Shown here: piece after piece, positions 25,701-39,200 of the stretch
Layout: each line of letters starts with the position of its first letter
How positions within the stretch are numbered: the first letter of the stretch is position 1
From: Tubulanus polymorphus
Lineage: Eukaryota > Animalia > Nemertea
DNA length: 64,000 bases
Assembly (NCBI RefSeq): GCF_964204645.1
Contig: NC_134029.1
Span: 18,718,950-18,782,949, forward strand
Direction: 5' to 3'
Translations under genes and position numbers: made by a program
Notes under the pieces: generated by a model
What the model was told of the DNA's origin: nothing
Databases searched by the model: none
Seen by the model: the letters and a program-made list of their open reading frames with translations, nothing else

Positions 25701-28700
25701 GTTTATGAATAGCTAGATTTGCAGCTCTAGACACTACAGATGAAAGATAACTCTACAATCTTTTCATGCAGGTCAACTAATTAAAAAATGTTCATGAACT
25801 AACATAACTCATGCACTGTAAAATCTATCTGATAATACATGTACCGATGTATTGACTAGCCCATCACAAGCTCGGTAGGAATGAAATAATACATAAACGA
25901 TTTTGCTAACAAGTATGAAATAAAGGTTAAAAAGAAATATTCAAGTGTTGCATTCTCTCCAAAACTTTCGGTTTCCTTTGTGCTACAGTATTAATATTGA
26001 TTGGTATAATGTGGCATTTCAATTTATTGGTACGTTACGCCGAAGAGAATGCAACAGGTCAAGACAACTTAATATCTAAAGCAGAAAAAGAAATGATGCG
26101 ATTAGGATCAGAAATGGAAACATATCAAACGAAGAGTCCAGCCATGCGCTTAAAAACAGTATAACATAGTATGCAGATTGTCGGCAACAACCCCACACAT
26201 CAATAAGGATTGGAGACATATTTTGTCCCCTCCTCGTACACAAACCGCTAAATTTCATGTACGTACCTATGTGAACCTTTTACCCCCAGTGCAGTAGATG
26301 AGCTCTTGTTGATATGGTTATTGACAGGCACGGATCCAAATTTCGAGTGCCCTTTTAATTTGAAAGGATTGCCTTTTATTTGAAAGGCACTACTTTACAG
26401 GGGTGTTGGAAGCAATTTTTGATTGCCGTGGCCAAGTGGCGATTTTGGACAGGTTCTGAATATTGCCTCGGTGAATTTACTTAATTTCTTCAAAAGCGTG
26501 GTATTCAAAGAAAAAAAAATGTCATTCAGCAAATTATTGCCGCGGCTTTCGCCGCTGCACTTTCAAAGCCACTGCTTTATATGAAACGGGCAAATTCTTG
26601 CTACAAAATATTTGAAGAGCAATTTCAGTAAAACTAAGGCACAATTTTGTTTAAAATTTTTGATAAGGTTTTTTCTTGACAAAAGTGCACTGCTAGATTG
26701 CCTTTTTCTAAGTGGTTTTGCCATTAAAAGAATTGGTTTGAGCCTCAGATTATTATGTACTTGGATCCGCTCCTGATCAAAAGGTTATTTTCAGGTATAA
26801 AGAAACAAGAATTATCAATGCTGAGGGCACGGTAGGCGGCTGGTACAAATTGAAAGAAGCCGATCCAATGTTGACTTACGCCTTGCCATCTTTGCTAGAT
26901 TTAACGGGCGTTCTAGCGCGAATACTACCAGCGGAACCGCGAGGTTTTATATCAACGCTCGGGGTCGGAGTGACGGCTTTCACGCTGCAAATGATTGTTT
27001 TGTTAATGTTAAGTAAACAAAAAGAAAACTACATTTCATATATTTTCATCAAGTAAAGCACGAATATTAGAGAAAAATTTCATGCTACTATTCAACAAAA
27101 TCAGTGGCAATTGCAACAAGTTTTAGAAATCATTAACACGAAAACAGTTTGGTAAATACTGCACATTATTATTAACCACACGCTATATACGATCAAGGGC
27201 ATCTGAACGAAAATTTTCACAAATCTAATCCTCATTCCACCACAAGTCAGTAGCCATCAATACTTACTCGAGCGCTGATGAACCTGGGTTAACGAGGAGA
27301 ATCGGTCGTTTTTGGTTGACGTCGTCTTTGCAATAATCCTCTAACGTTCTGAATGAAGAGCCAGGTTTCAATTGGCCGGCATCGAAGAAGCCGTCTGCGA
27401 TCAAATTGTTCGGACCTGCAAAAAATGACCGTGAAAACTTTTTTCTAGATACGTATCGTCGGATTTTTCAGCTTAGAATTTCGAAATAAATACCTACCGA
27501 GGTAACCGGTGAGAGCATATTTAGCTGAAAGGTTACTGTCCAATAACTTTTCCATCGCTGCATCGGTGAATCTGTTTGCCCTTGTACCGGATTGTTGAAT
27601 ATCTTGTAATATGCCTAGACAACTATCGGAGGAATGCGATATTCATGAAATAATTCATCACGCCTGCTTGAAATGTAGAAATACGTCGCAAAATATACAT
27701 ACCCTAATTTACTGAGCTCAGAAGCCGTCGGCTCGTCCACTGCGATCACCGTGATGGCCCATGACGCGCTTCTTCGAACTTCGTCGTTGTTAGACTTGAG
27801 CAATTCGCACAAAGGCTCCAAACCGTTGGACAGACCGAAATCTTGCCTGGCATTAGCGTCCGATGCAAAAGCGGCAACTGCAAGCGCGGCTTTACTCTGA
27901 ACAATATAACTCCTTAATATAACAAAACCAACAAATTACACACACAGATATTCACTATATCTTTTGGTCACTTTCATGGATGGGTATCTAGGTTTTCTTC
28001 AGACAGTCTACCTAGACACTCAGTTGCGAAATTAATTACACAATGATCTTTTATTGTCGAGTTCATTCTACTTTGAACTATGTTGGGCAAGTTTTCATCA
28101 TAGACGAAATTGAATTTGACTCAAGAATAAACTCGATATGGCCCTTTCATCTGTTGGTTTATGCAGCTACGTTCATCGATTAGATATCAAGATATCATTA
28201 GCGCACACAGCCAGCTTGGACTAACCCATAAAGAGTTATTACTGGTAGACAAGCAGCAGAGTGGGAACAAAATAGTAAAACTTCAATGGGGCGATGATGT
28301 CAATCATATTGAGGATCCAGAATCGCACCTCAACAATTTTGAGAGGATATTATTGAAAATCTGAAGATGCGATGTTTCAGACTCACACTAGCCCGACAAT
28401 TGTCTCCAGTGCGAGTCTGAAAAATCGTGTCATTTAATAATTTGTACAAAGTGGGATTTTATATATTATCTCTATTCACACTCATACTTACTGTGATTTT
28501 AATGGTAAAATGACGGCAGATACTACGCCCAATCGTTGAATTTCAGCCCTCATCTGTTCATCTACGGACATGTTCGTTAAAACGCATGCCGCGTTAGCGA
28601 CAACTGTTTCTCTCTGGTCGGCCAACAGATTGATCAACGGCTCGATTCCGTTCTTATGCAGAACTTCCCTAGAAAAGCGAATCGAAATGAGACATTAAAT

Positions 28701-31700
28701 GACATATGAACAAAGTAGTAGTTTAAACTGTAATAGAAATTTTCTAATTTCGGCCAAGCACTACAGGTCAGGAAAACTGTCAGTGATGAAAGGATTAATG
28801 ACTTGTACACAACAGAATGGGAGTTTCGCAGCAATATTTAGGCAGATGCATTTTTGATCAAGCTGTAAAGTTTAGGAGCATTTGGAGTCAAAGTAACAAA
28901 TATCGCCAAGACAAGCTTGAAGTCTATCGTTCCAATAAATCAATCATATCTACCCGCAGTTGTTAGTGTTGGAAACTGTGAGATTTGCCAGAGCCGCAGT
29001 CGCTGCCTCTTTCAATTCAGAATTGTCCGATTTCAGCATTTTAATGAATGGATCGATGCCCTCTACAATTGAAACAACAATTTATCAGTCGTGCTTGCTT
29101 CTTGTAAATTTAACGACTATAAATTTTCATCTCAGACTACGCTCGATGGATTTATACGAAGTTACACTCACCCCACTGTCCGATTGAGTCTCTGCACGTC
29201 AGACTTTCGGCCATCACCGCAATTGCTTGAGCCGCCGCGATCTGTACTTCTTGCGCTTCATGCGACAGCAACAAGATCAGCATTTTTTCCGCTTCTTGTT
29301 CGTGCAGGATCTTTCTATTTTCAGCTATGAGATAAATGAAAATCATTGTAGTACTAGGGGCATCATTTCAAATAAGCAATTTCAAATTGGGAGGTTTTGA
29401 CCATATTCATCTCAAATAAGCCTCAAATTGGGAGGTTTTGACAATATCTATCTCAATGAAAAAGGCAACTTCAATAGGAAGACAGGGATCTAGACCCCAG
29501 AAATAATGCAACACATTTGCCCCAGGAAAAGTCAGAAATCGCTTATTTGTGAAATAGGTCAAGAATCGGCAGCTTTCAAGCTGTTGCTGTATAAACAATT
29601 CTTAAATTTTGCGTTCAAGTGAAACAATAATATTGATCCAGCACTATACAAATGAAGTTACCGGGTTAACTTGGAGTATCCTAGATCATAACAGTAAAGA
29701 CTGCATTGACCAGCGAGCAAATTCTTTAAACTTACACGTTTCTCTAACTGTTGGCCCATACTGAGCTTGAGTATGGTATGCAAATTACCCTAAAATTTCA
29801 AGATTCTTTAGCAACGCTCGCAACGACTTACATCTTTAATATACTCACCATTTTTGGCAGCTCTAGCGATAGCTTTCGCAGCATGTTTCTTACACTCCGG
29901 TAAAGTATTAGACGGTTCACCGGTCTTCTTCTCTTCTCCTTTAAACAAAATCAAATACGACATGACCGGTAAGTTGAAATGATAAAATCACTTAGAAAAA
30001 TAGATTTTAGGTTGAAATCAGACTCCGGAATGAAAACATTTGATGATCAATGTACGCAGGGAACAAACAAATCCAAACATTTCCTATATATAATATTGGA
30101 AAAAGCAAAAAGATATGTTCGCATGGGTTGCTTTTTGGTTTAGGATTCAGAACAGAATGTGTAACCATTTTGATAACCATTTAAGTTTTAACAGCTTCCC
30201 CTGTCTGCCTTGAAAAAATATCTATCTCATATTTTGGACTGAACTGAAAATGTTCTCAAACACGCAGCCTGGCAACTAGGTCTATTGTAGTAAATAGATA
30301 TTCTCTCGTTTTTACAGAAGCGAAATCAGATTCAGTGTAGGCATAATAGATACTTTGAAGTACAAGAAATGAGGGTTAAATTATAAAAAGTTAAGTTAAC
30401 AAATACGGATTCATCATTCATTGTAAACTACTCGGTATAAGAAGAGTATCGGAATTAATTCCTAACAATAAACATTTAAGGCGAAAACTAAACGACAAAG
30501 GAAGTTAAGTCAGCTTGTAACAGGTCTGAAAATGTGTATCATGAAGAATGTCCAAGTCAGAGCCCAGAAAAAGAAGCAGGTTTTTTCCTATACACGTACT
30601 GCCAGACTTGAGGAATAAGCTAGCTAATTGGGGAGAAAGGAATCATGTTACAAAAAATAACTATGGTTAACAGAAAGGAACTGCCTTGCGGCGATCAATG
30701 CAAATGATTTATAGACTTTCATGAAAACTTGTCTAATTTTTTGGGCAAATCAATTATTTACTGACCAGTCAAAAACCGCTACTGTATACAATGTACAGTA
30801 CAGTAGTTCATTGATGGCAATTCTTAAGAATTCTAAAGGGACTTAACAACAAACAAAGAGTTTACTATCTTTCAGGAAAATCACAAACAAGCGGAGGCAG
30901 CGCCTTTCAGATGCTTAGAAGAACATTTTGTTAGTAAGGGGAATATAAAAAGACATCAAATAACAAATTAGCAATGTATCTTACCCTTTTTTGCTGTGAA
31001 CATGATAAAAAGTGCATGAATTTAAAATATATTGAGCACATGCATATATTCGAATATTGCGCAAGTGATAATGAAATATCTAAATGCTGAATAAATTGTA
31101 GAAAAAACCCGGTATCTACTTATAACACCCAAAGCTTTCATTCATTGATGCATTGACATTTGAAAAATGCTCTAAAAACATACCGATAATTTAAATTTAC
31201 AATGAAACATCACGAAAAAACATTCAGTTTTTCTAAGTCAGTTAGTTTCAGTATACATTTAGCATTTTGGTTTAGTGGTAATTTATAAAACGGTGGGTCT
31301 GTTGAGAACAATGTGATTTACCGCTTTCTTCATCCGAGACTAAGTGAAGTATTTTGGAAAATATATTTGAAAAATGTACATTTCACATTTAATCTAGTAG
31401 CTTCTCATATAACAGGGAAAAATTCCTGCCGACAAAATCATTCTCAGAAGCAAATAGAACTCGGATTTCAAGCTCAAATACGAAATGAAAACCTTTAACC
31501 AAAAGTCTGTTGCCCATTTAACCTTATGGAAACAAAGCATTAAATAATTTGCCAACCCGATCACCCAATCAACCAGATTAAATAGCACATTTTTTATTCT
31601 ACGTACCGTCTTCGCCTTTTTTGCCCTTTTTAGAGCCAGATTTCGGCTTTTTGCCTTTCTCCTTGCCGCTCTCGTCTTCAGGGGGCGTCGTATCGGTGAT

Positions 31701-34700
31701 AAACGCGATCAGTCGAGCGAGGCCGCCGTTTTCCTTGATTTGTTGCATGCTCTCCACGTCGTCGAGACTGTTTGAAAGCGCATACAACGCATGCACGTGT
31801 AGATCGTTGAAGTCGGGCCGACCCACGAAATCGACTAATCTGTTCAACGCTTCTAGTTCTCGTAGGGCAGCTCGCGTGTCATCTGAAACATTTTAAAATT
31901 CACTTCAGAAATGATTTTCAAACATTCAAACCAAGTTTTAATGACGTGGTATGAAATAGAGAAGTGTTTACTATCACAGACTGGCCATTTTCCATCAATT
32001 TAAAAATCCCCTGGGTTTCCCTGATTTTTCCATGCGATTACATAAAATCCCCCAAGTGAATCAGAAAAATTTCTAGGTTTTTGAAATGTTAAAATTCATT
32101 CATTCATTTATTTTTCATCGAATCATGTAGGCCCTATTGATAAAGGAACAAGTGGTCAATAACATTCGAATTCCCTGAGTTTTCCAGGTTGTTTGGTAAA
32201 ATTTGTCTGAGTTTCCCTAGATTTCTATGATTCCCGAAGTTTTCCAGGTTTTCCAGGTCAGTGGCCACCCTGTACGAGTGCATTGGTCCTTACTATCATC
32301 ATCGGTCATTATTTTAAACAGGTTGGATCTAAGGGATAGTTTTAGAAGTACGGACCCATGCCTTCCCATCAAGGTTGCCCTTTTTGTATAGACAGAGCTT
32401 GTTGAAACCTATAAATTTCATGCTCATCCTCTTGGGAATTGAGTCTTTTTGTAGGAATTTCTTCAGAAAGATCAAATCCCGATGGTGGGACCCTGCTTGT
32501 AGCCTTCCTAGAAATACCCTTCCTTCTGTTTCAGAGCATATTTCCTATTTTCCTAGATCCGCACCCGTCCTAATTATAAGTATTTCTACTGTACCAGTAG
32601 TTCAATTACTGGGGTAGTATGTATCTATTTCTTAGCTAGTTCAACCAGTAATCGTGCAGGAAGTCAGCAAAAGGAAGTGAAAAACTTACTGTCTTGAGCA
32701 GCTTTTTGTAGTGCTACAAGTGCGAATTCTTGAATCACTGGATATTCGGATTTCATCAAATCCAAAAGGGGTTCGAGACCATTTTGATCACGGACCGCTG
32801 CTCGAGCCTGGTAATCCTAAAAGGCACCATTGGTAATATTTCAATCATTGATAAATGTTATGAGTGTAAAACACAAAACCTATAGATATTTTTACATTTT
32901 TTGAGTTACGTACTTCCATCATTAAAACCAATGTCTCGAGGCCATTTTTCTGTACATCGGGATCGCCCGAATACAAGCAGCGAATCAGAGCTTCGACTCC
33001 GTCACCCTCGTACACGGCTACTTTACTGCTGAAATCGTTGCACATATACGACAAACACAACGCCGCAAATTCATGCACCACTGTATCCTCTGCAAGAGAG
33101 ACAAAACCCTGGCTTTTTATGATTATTTTTGAAACTTCCTTTAAAATCCACTCTTCATTAAAGACCTAATTAACTTCTTCACTTCATTGGACCTCTGTAA
33201 TGAGACTAGATTTTTTTTAATGGGATCAGAAATTCATTTAGCAATTAGCAGACAATCCAATAGTAGTCATACAAACAACGATGAAAGTACATCAGACTCA
33301 TACCATTATATTATAATATATATGTATTTCAGTGACTGATAATGTGGCGTATAGGTCTTAAAATTAGCGACTGCTTATATAGCAGTCAGTTGTATGATAT
33401 CATATCAAAAGATACCTAATGATGGTGTAAAGCTTTCGGATAGGTTTGTTAAAATATTTGATTGCGAAACTAAACCAGTCTAGTCACTGACTACGTGAAC
33501 CGATATATTCTTGTTTACCTTCAGGGTTCAATAAATGAATAACAGCCGGAATTGTTTCATCTTGTTTTCTTAAGAGTTTCCGTACGTCAGCTGAAAAGAT
33601 AATTAGAAACAACAATGAATGCTTTTTCAAAAAATAATTTGGAACTTGATAATTAATTTAACGAATACCATATAAAATGTGTCGATTTTATTGTCAGAAC
33701 AGCGCAGAAAGAGAATCTCAGAACGTTGAAAAACCTTGCATACTGGACACATTAATTTGAGTATGGAGTCATAACTAGTTAATCCCAAGTAGGGTAAACT
33801 AATCTATCTTATCCAACAAATTGTAGAACTGGCTCCAGAAAACCTTGGCAATAAGTCAAGAATTTTCTACAATTCATAATGACTTCAGTTGACTTGAGAA
33901 TCACTGCCTGAATTCAAATAAATTAGTCGCTCAATTCTGAAATGTACCACACTTACGATGGGCGGCCATGACACCGAAAGCCATGCAAGCGTTACGCCGT
34001 ACAATTCTATCTTCCGACTGAATCAACTTCAACAGTTTATCGACCGTTCCGAGATCTAATAATACTTTCTTATTTTCATCACCTGTTACAAAAAACATTT
34101 GAAATATGCAATAAGTATTTAAAACATTATCTAATCAAATTGTTGATATTGCTAAAAGGATTTATATGGACAAAAATATTCAAAAACAGTAAGCATGCCA
34201 TTTATCTTCTTTCTTTTAGGTTACCCTGGACTTACATTTGTCAGCAAATCTGTACATAGCTTCGCACGCCTTAGCGAGCACATCCTCCTCTGGACTATCC
34301 AACATTAAAACTACCGTTGCCGCTTCTTTGCTTTCCACTTGCAGCGGATCGAACTATCGGGAAAGAAAATGTAATATCAAAGGATAGGCGAGTATTTAGA
34401 ATTCAGGACCCAGTTCCACAGTTCTAAGATAAAAATAACAAATTTCAAACCGTTCAATGATGACTATTAATACCCAAAAGTGCTGGAGATAATCTGAAAA
34501 TTTTAACCCAGTCTGTTGAATAGCAGGCACACCACTATGGGATCATTCATTTAGTACGTACGTATTAGGGGAGGGGTAAGTGCTATTGCGTACTGCAATG
34601 CTTAATGTATATGAAAAAAATGGCCGATTTTGCGTACGGGGTTGGGTCTTTTGAAGTAAAAAAAATCAGATTTCATGCGTACATAATTTAATAAATGAAT

Positions 34701-35085
34701 GATCCCTATTAGCATGTCTACACCACGGTGTGATCATGTATCGTTTTTAGTTACTAACATTTCATTATGTCAGGTGCAGCCATCTTTCAATGGAGATAAA
34801 ATCTAATTACTAAGAACATCAATATACATCGATGCAGTCTTCTAGCCAAGTCCATCACTGCACTGAAAGTTGGTTTGAGTTGACAAACACTGTAGACCAA
34901 GTAATAAATGTAATAATGATTTTACTTATTTCATTCATCGACCGGTTAACTTAACCTAATTTTTGAGCAACTGACCCTGATTGCAGCACGTTCTTAATTG
35001 TGGATTGCTAATGTATGATGATGACGATGATACTTACAACATCCTCCGGTGGAGCTTTTTCTTCCTTTTTTATCTTTTTCCCCAT
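22780..35085 (-). CDS. ARMC3: Armadillo repeat-containing protein 3, ~20 coding exons; non-coding first exon probably near 35860-35950
   Basis: MGKKIKKEEKAPPEDVFDPLQVESKEAATVVLMLDSPEEDVLAKACEA..; VHEFAALCL..DPDVQKNGLE; multiple ARM exons; C-terminal IPIGTINAGIHYHRSILFK, ALADRIAVPCSLVRGEYNRAWNEV, YIVDLIHHPG..FYQKI*. Confidence 0.9.
24106..24637. mobile_element. ~530-bp fold-back element (copies ~36746-37190, partial ~3440-3580)
   Basis: Whole element is an imperfect palindrome: ACTAATGTCTATTTCAA.TTGACTTGAGAG / CTCTCAAGTCAAGTTGAAATAGACAGTAGT, centre near 24370. Confidence 0.72.
30985..30993 (-). other. Candidate 9-nt microexon of ARMC3
   Basis: ttcacag|CAAAAAAGG|gtaaga, phase 1-1, inside a phase-1 intron; adds AKK to a Lys-rich linker. 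Confidence 0.6.
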
Positions 35086-35919
35086 GTTGAAATCAGAACC
35101 TGCTGGGCATGAGAAAAAAAATCAATGAACGGAGGTTCTCAGAGTTTAATCAGTTCATTTTCAAAATTTTATCTCTTGAGTCAAAAGTGGAACTCAGTCA
35201 ATATCAGACCTATGCGTTATAGAAATGAGATATTTTAGATACAAGAGATTGCATTGCCCATGATATTTTGGGGGGGATGGGGCAGGTTGCCACACTAAAT
35301 GTATCAGATGCATTGTTTTTCACTAGCAGATCTGCTCTAGCCAATGTAATATAGACTGGTGGCCACTGAATGGCAACCTTTCTGCCAAATAATCTTGAGC
35401 GGTGCAATAGACCCATGGAAGGCCGGCGGCCAGGGTTTGAGTTGGCGTGAGCTTTGATGGGTGGCAATCAAACCCTGGCAAGCAAGGATGGATGATCACC
35501 CGATGGATGATCACCGCGACTGGGCCTGCTGAGCTGAGCCACATGTCAATTACATATAATAGAAAAAAGAGTAAAACGCAACTTGCTCAAACTGTCCTCG
35601 GTCGATGACCTGAAGCACCCCTTGTATTAGCAGAGAAACAGAAACACATTACAGATCATAAACTAACGAATCAAATAAATGACAAACAGCAATAAATATT
35701 GATTTATATTTAATTCATTTTGGAAACTTCTACGATTCTCTAAGTAAAAAATAAAAAGTACGAGGCCTTTGACGCATCGTTTCAACGAATGATCCAACAA
35801 ACCTGAAGTCTGTCTTCTTTCTGACAGGGGTAAATCAGCGGGAAAAATAGTTTACTCACCGAAAACGAGCTTTTAAACGGAATTTCGAGTGATGTTTTCG
35901 AGCGGAGGATGTTTGGGTA

Positions 35920-35936
35920 GTTGCTAGATGACGTCA
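35920..35936. promoter_or_regulatory. RFX X-box-like site overlapping a CRE in the ARMC3/FAM174 divergent promoter
   Basis: GTTGCTAGATGAC plus TGACGTCA; ARMC3 is a motile-cilia gene. Confidence 0.4.
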
Positions 35937-36262
35937 CGGAGAGTCGGCCGATGCTGTCACCTGACGGCTATCGAAGAAACTCATAAGCTTATCTTTACTT
36001 AAAATGATTTTTAGAATACATGTGGTCAAAATATGTAACAATCCTTTCTGAAAACGTTTAAATAATTTTTAAATTGAGTTTAAATGCATTGAAATCTTAA
36101 TTACTGCCATCTAGCGGCGATTAATCAAACGAACGCGGAAGTAAAATTTTGATACTGTGACACGCACTTGTGACAGTGAGCTATTTTTGGATTTTCGTCG
36201 CGCGGTTCTCGTCGAATTCGCATGGATTTGTCGTCGTAAGTGACCCCGAACCGACTACAGCT

Positions 36263-39200
36263 ATGGATAAGCTTTATACATATTTATTTAGCGTCGTATT
36301 CGTATTTCTACTCGTCACGGTGGCCGTGGCCGCTCCATCTGTGAAAAAACAGAACCCTAAGCCCGGCAGTGACACTAGCGTCGATAATAATGATGCTAAA
36401 AAAACTGATGACGCCAAAAAAGCGCAACCGAATAAAATATCGCCACCGCCATCGTCTACTCCGTCTACTTCAGTGAATAAAACAAAATGTGTGGGAAATA
36501 ATGGAACCGATTGCGTAACGACGTCGTCGAAATCGAGATCATTCGGGGATATGTTTAACCAAAATAAAGGAATGTTATTGCGGACTATGTACGTCCTAAT
36601 CGGAATTACAGCCGTCGTTATTTTGTGTTTCGCCGTGAAGACTATTAGGTAAGAATAATATCTTTTCCAGTGCTGACTAATTGATGCTAACAGAAAGTGC
36701 TGGAGATAATTTTGAAAAATTCTGTCCCAGTTTGTTGAATGACGCGGTATACCTGATAAAGGTCTTAATGGGATCAGAAAGGACAATGAGTCGACCTAAA
36801 TCATCATTTTTCAATCCATTAGAAACTGTATTGAAGGATATCCAAAAAGTCTTCATTGAAAGGGGTTGAATGAAGAGAAGTGATTCCATGATTTGAAAGT
36901 TTAACACTATGTTTCCATGCCTACGTACCGAACTTCAGTTGGTAGGCATGGAGACATATTGTTAAACTTTCAAATCATGGAGTCTCTTTTCTCTCAGGAA
37001 CCCCTCTCACCGCAGACTTTTTGGATATCCTTCTAGGCTATACAGTTTAAAGTGGATTAAAAAACGATATTTTAGGTCAGCTGCCAATGCATTCTGGCCC
37101 TAATAAGACTTTTATCAGGTATGTACTACCAAAACTGACTGAGTTAGGCAACCAGGAATGCTCTCAAGTCAGGTTGAAATCGACATTAGCAAAGTTCATC
37201 ACCGGTGTAGATGTACTGAAAGGGTTAATTTGATAGTGAGGATCTCTGGTTTGCTAATGGTGAGTCGTCTGCCATGACTATGCCACTAGGCCTATCTGCT
37301 CTTCAAGGAGGGGTGGCACCCCTAAAATAGGGCATAGGCCTATCATATAATTAGAAGTGCACACTGAAAAAGCTAATTGGAAAACATTAGGCCTAACTCA
37401 ATTTTGAAAATAGTGAACAATGCGCGGCCCCTGGATGTGCCCTTGCCTATTACGCTACATATTTTGATTTAATTCAAACATCACTTTGACAACTAGCCTA
37501 TACCATGCCATGACGAGAGACAAGTCAATTCTTCGTTTTCTTCTAACCCTCTCTTCATCATGCTGAAGATTCTCAGAACTGTCCAAGACTTTCATGTTAG
37601 ATCAACGCATCGGAGAAAGAACACCGACATGTCCCGGAATCAAACCTTCCACCTCACATCTTCCTCCGGCAGGGATTCAAACCTGATGGCATCGACATTG
37701 CCACGGTTCAAAATCCCGTTTTATTTTAGCCCGGTTTTCCCATTTATAGTTCTTCCGTGAAATTTACCTCAGCGATTATACAAGCAATCTGATTGGTGCC
37801 GCAAGTACCTAGTCTATAATGGCAGGGCTTCGTGCCGTGGCTAAATATAGCGATGCCATCAGGTTCAAACCCCTGCCAAGGTAGGATGACCACCTCTCAA
37901 TTAGGCATGTGTAAAACACCTTATCCATCAAGAATATCAAGGGCATCTCTTTGGTTGAAATCCTGTTCAAAGATGATTGAAAATAAACTAATTCTAACTT
38001 TCTAATGGTAAGTCACATCAGCCGATCTTGTTGTAATGTGTGCCTCCAGTCAGGCTACTGGACTGTTAGCTTTTAATAGGAGGGCTTTGTTAGGGAATTG
38101 TGAAATTAGTAGTATTTGACGTTTTGTGATAAACTGACCAAATATAAGATTTCAAGCATTTCTCTCCCTCGGCCAGAGTTTTTCCCCTTAGAAATATTTA
38201 CAACGAATATTCTGTGAAGAAAATAGGTGAAGCCATCCCCAAATAATGGTCTGTTTGCCGTAACCCGACTGACCGGACTTCGAAGGTACTGCATGGAAAC
38301 TTTTTTTTGGGATTCATTGAAATAGATTTTATTTTTGATATTGTTTCCATACAAAAAAGGTGATAAATTTGTTTTTTGCCCTAAAATTTTGCCAAAAAAA
38401 AATTTCCTCCTACCTACCGACTCATCCGGAAAACTTTTGAGTCGATGTTACGGCAAACAGACAATTATTTTGGGATGGCCTGATTCTGATATTGCCGAGT
38501 AGATAGAATGCGGGTGTATGTTTGTTTTACTGTCAGTTCTATACTACCAGCATGGTCATTAAGTAATTGTGTAGCCTAGTTTTGAAATTATTATGTTGTC
38601 ATCATATTCACGAAAGTAGTCGCAACACTTTCGCATCATTAGGATCCCCAAAAGATATTCTTATGCCATTATCTAACTCGCGTGATTAGGCCTAGTTAGC
38701 TTGCAAGGTTGTATGAACTCTTGTCAATGGATTAACATTGTTGCTTCTTTTTCTCTCATTTCTATCATGTTGAAATTAATTGTTGTTAAAATTGACCTAA
38801 GTTCATTTCTCTGGTAATAAAAAATCTAGATCTATATCATATGCGCATGGGACATATACCAAATTAAAATCTTTTAGTGACTGTTTTAAGTTTACAATAA
38901 ACATATCGGCATATAAAGTGTCAATAAATCAATCATAATACAAATATTGGGGCACCACAGACTGACGACCTATAGCTGGGATACACCACATATACCAGGG
39001 CAACCACCAGCAACATATGCTTAAAAAACAGGAGAGGATATCGATACTCGTGTTCAATTTCTTCCACCTTTCCGTTAAATGAAAGAATTTGATTGCTTTA
39101 TCCAGAGAATATCCTTAATAACCCTTTGTAGGCCTACCCCAAAGTTGGACTCGACCTGCCTCCATTACGAGTTCCTTGTTTTCTATTAGGCTATGTGTTT

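Noticed and set aside
36274-36786. 170-aa minus-strand ORF
   Set aside because: Antisense shadow of FAM174 exon 1
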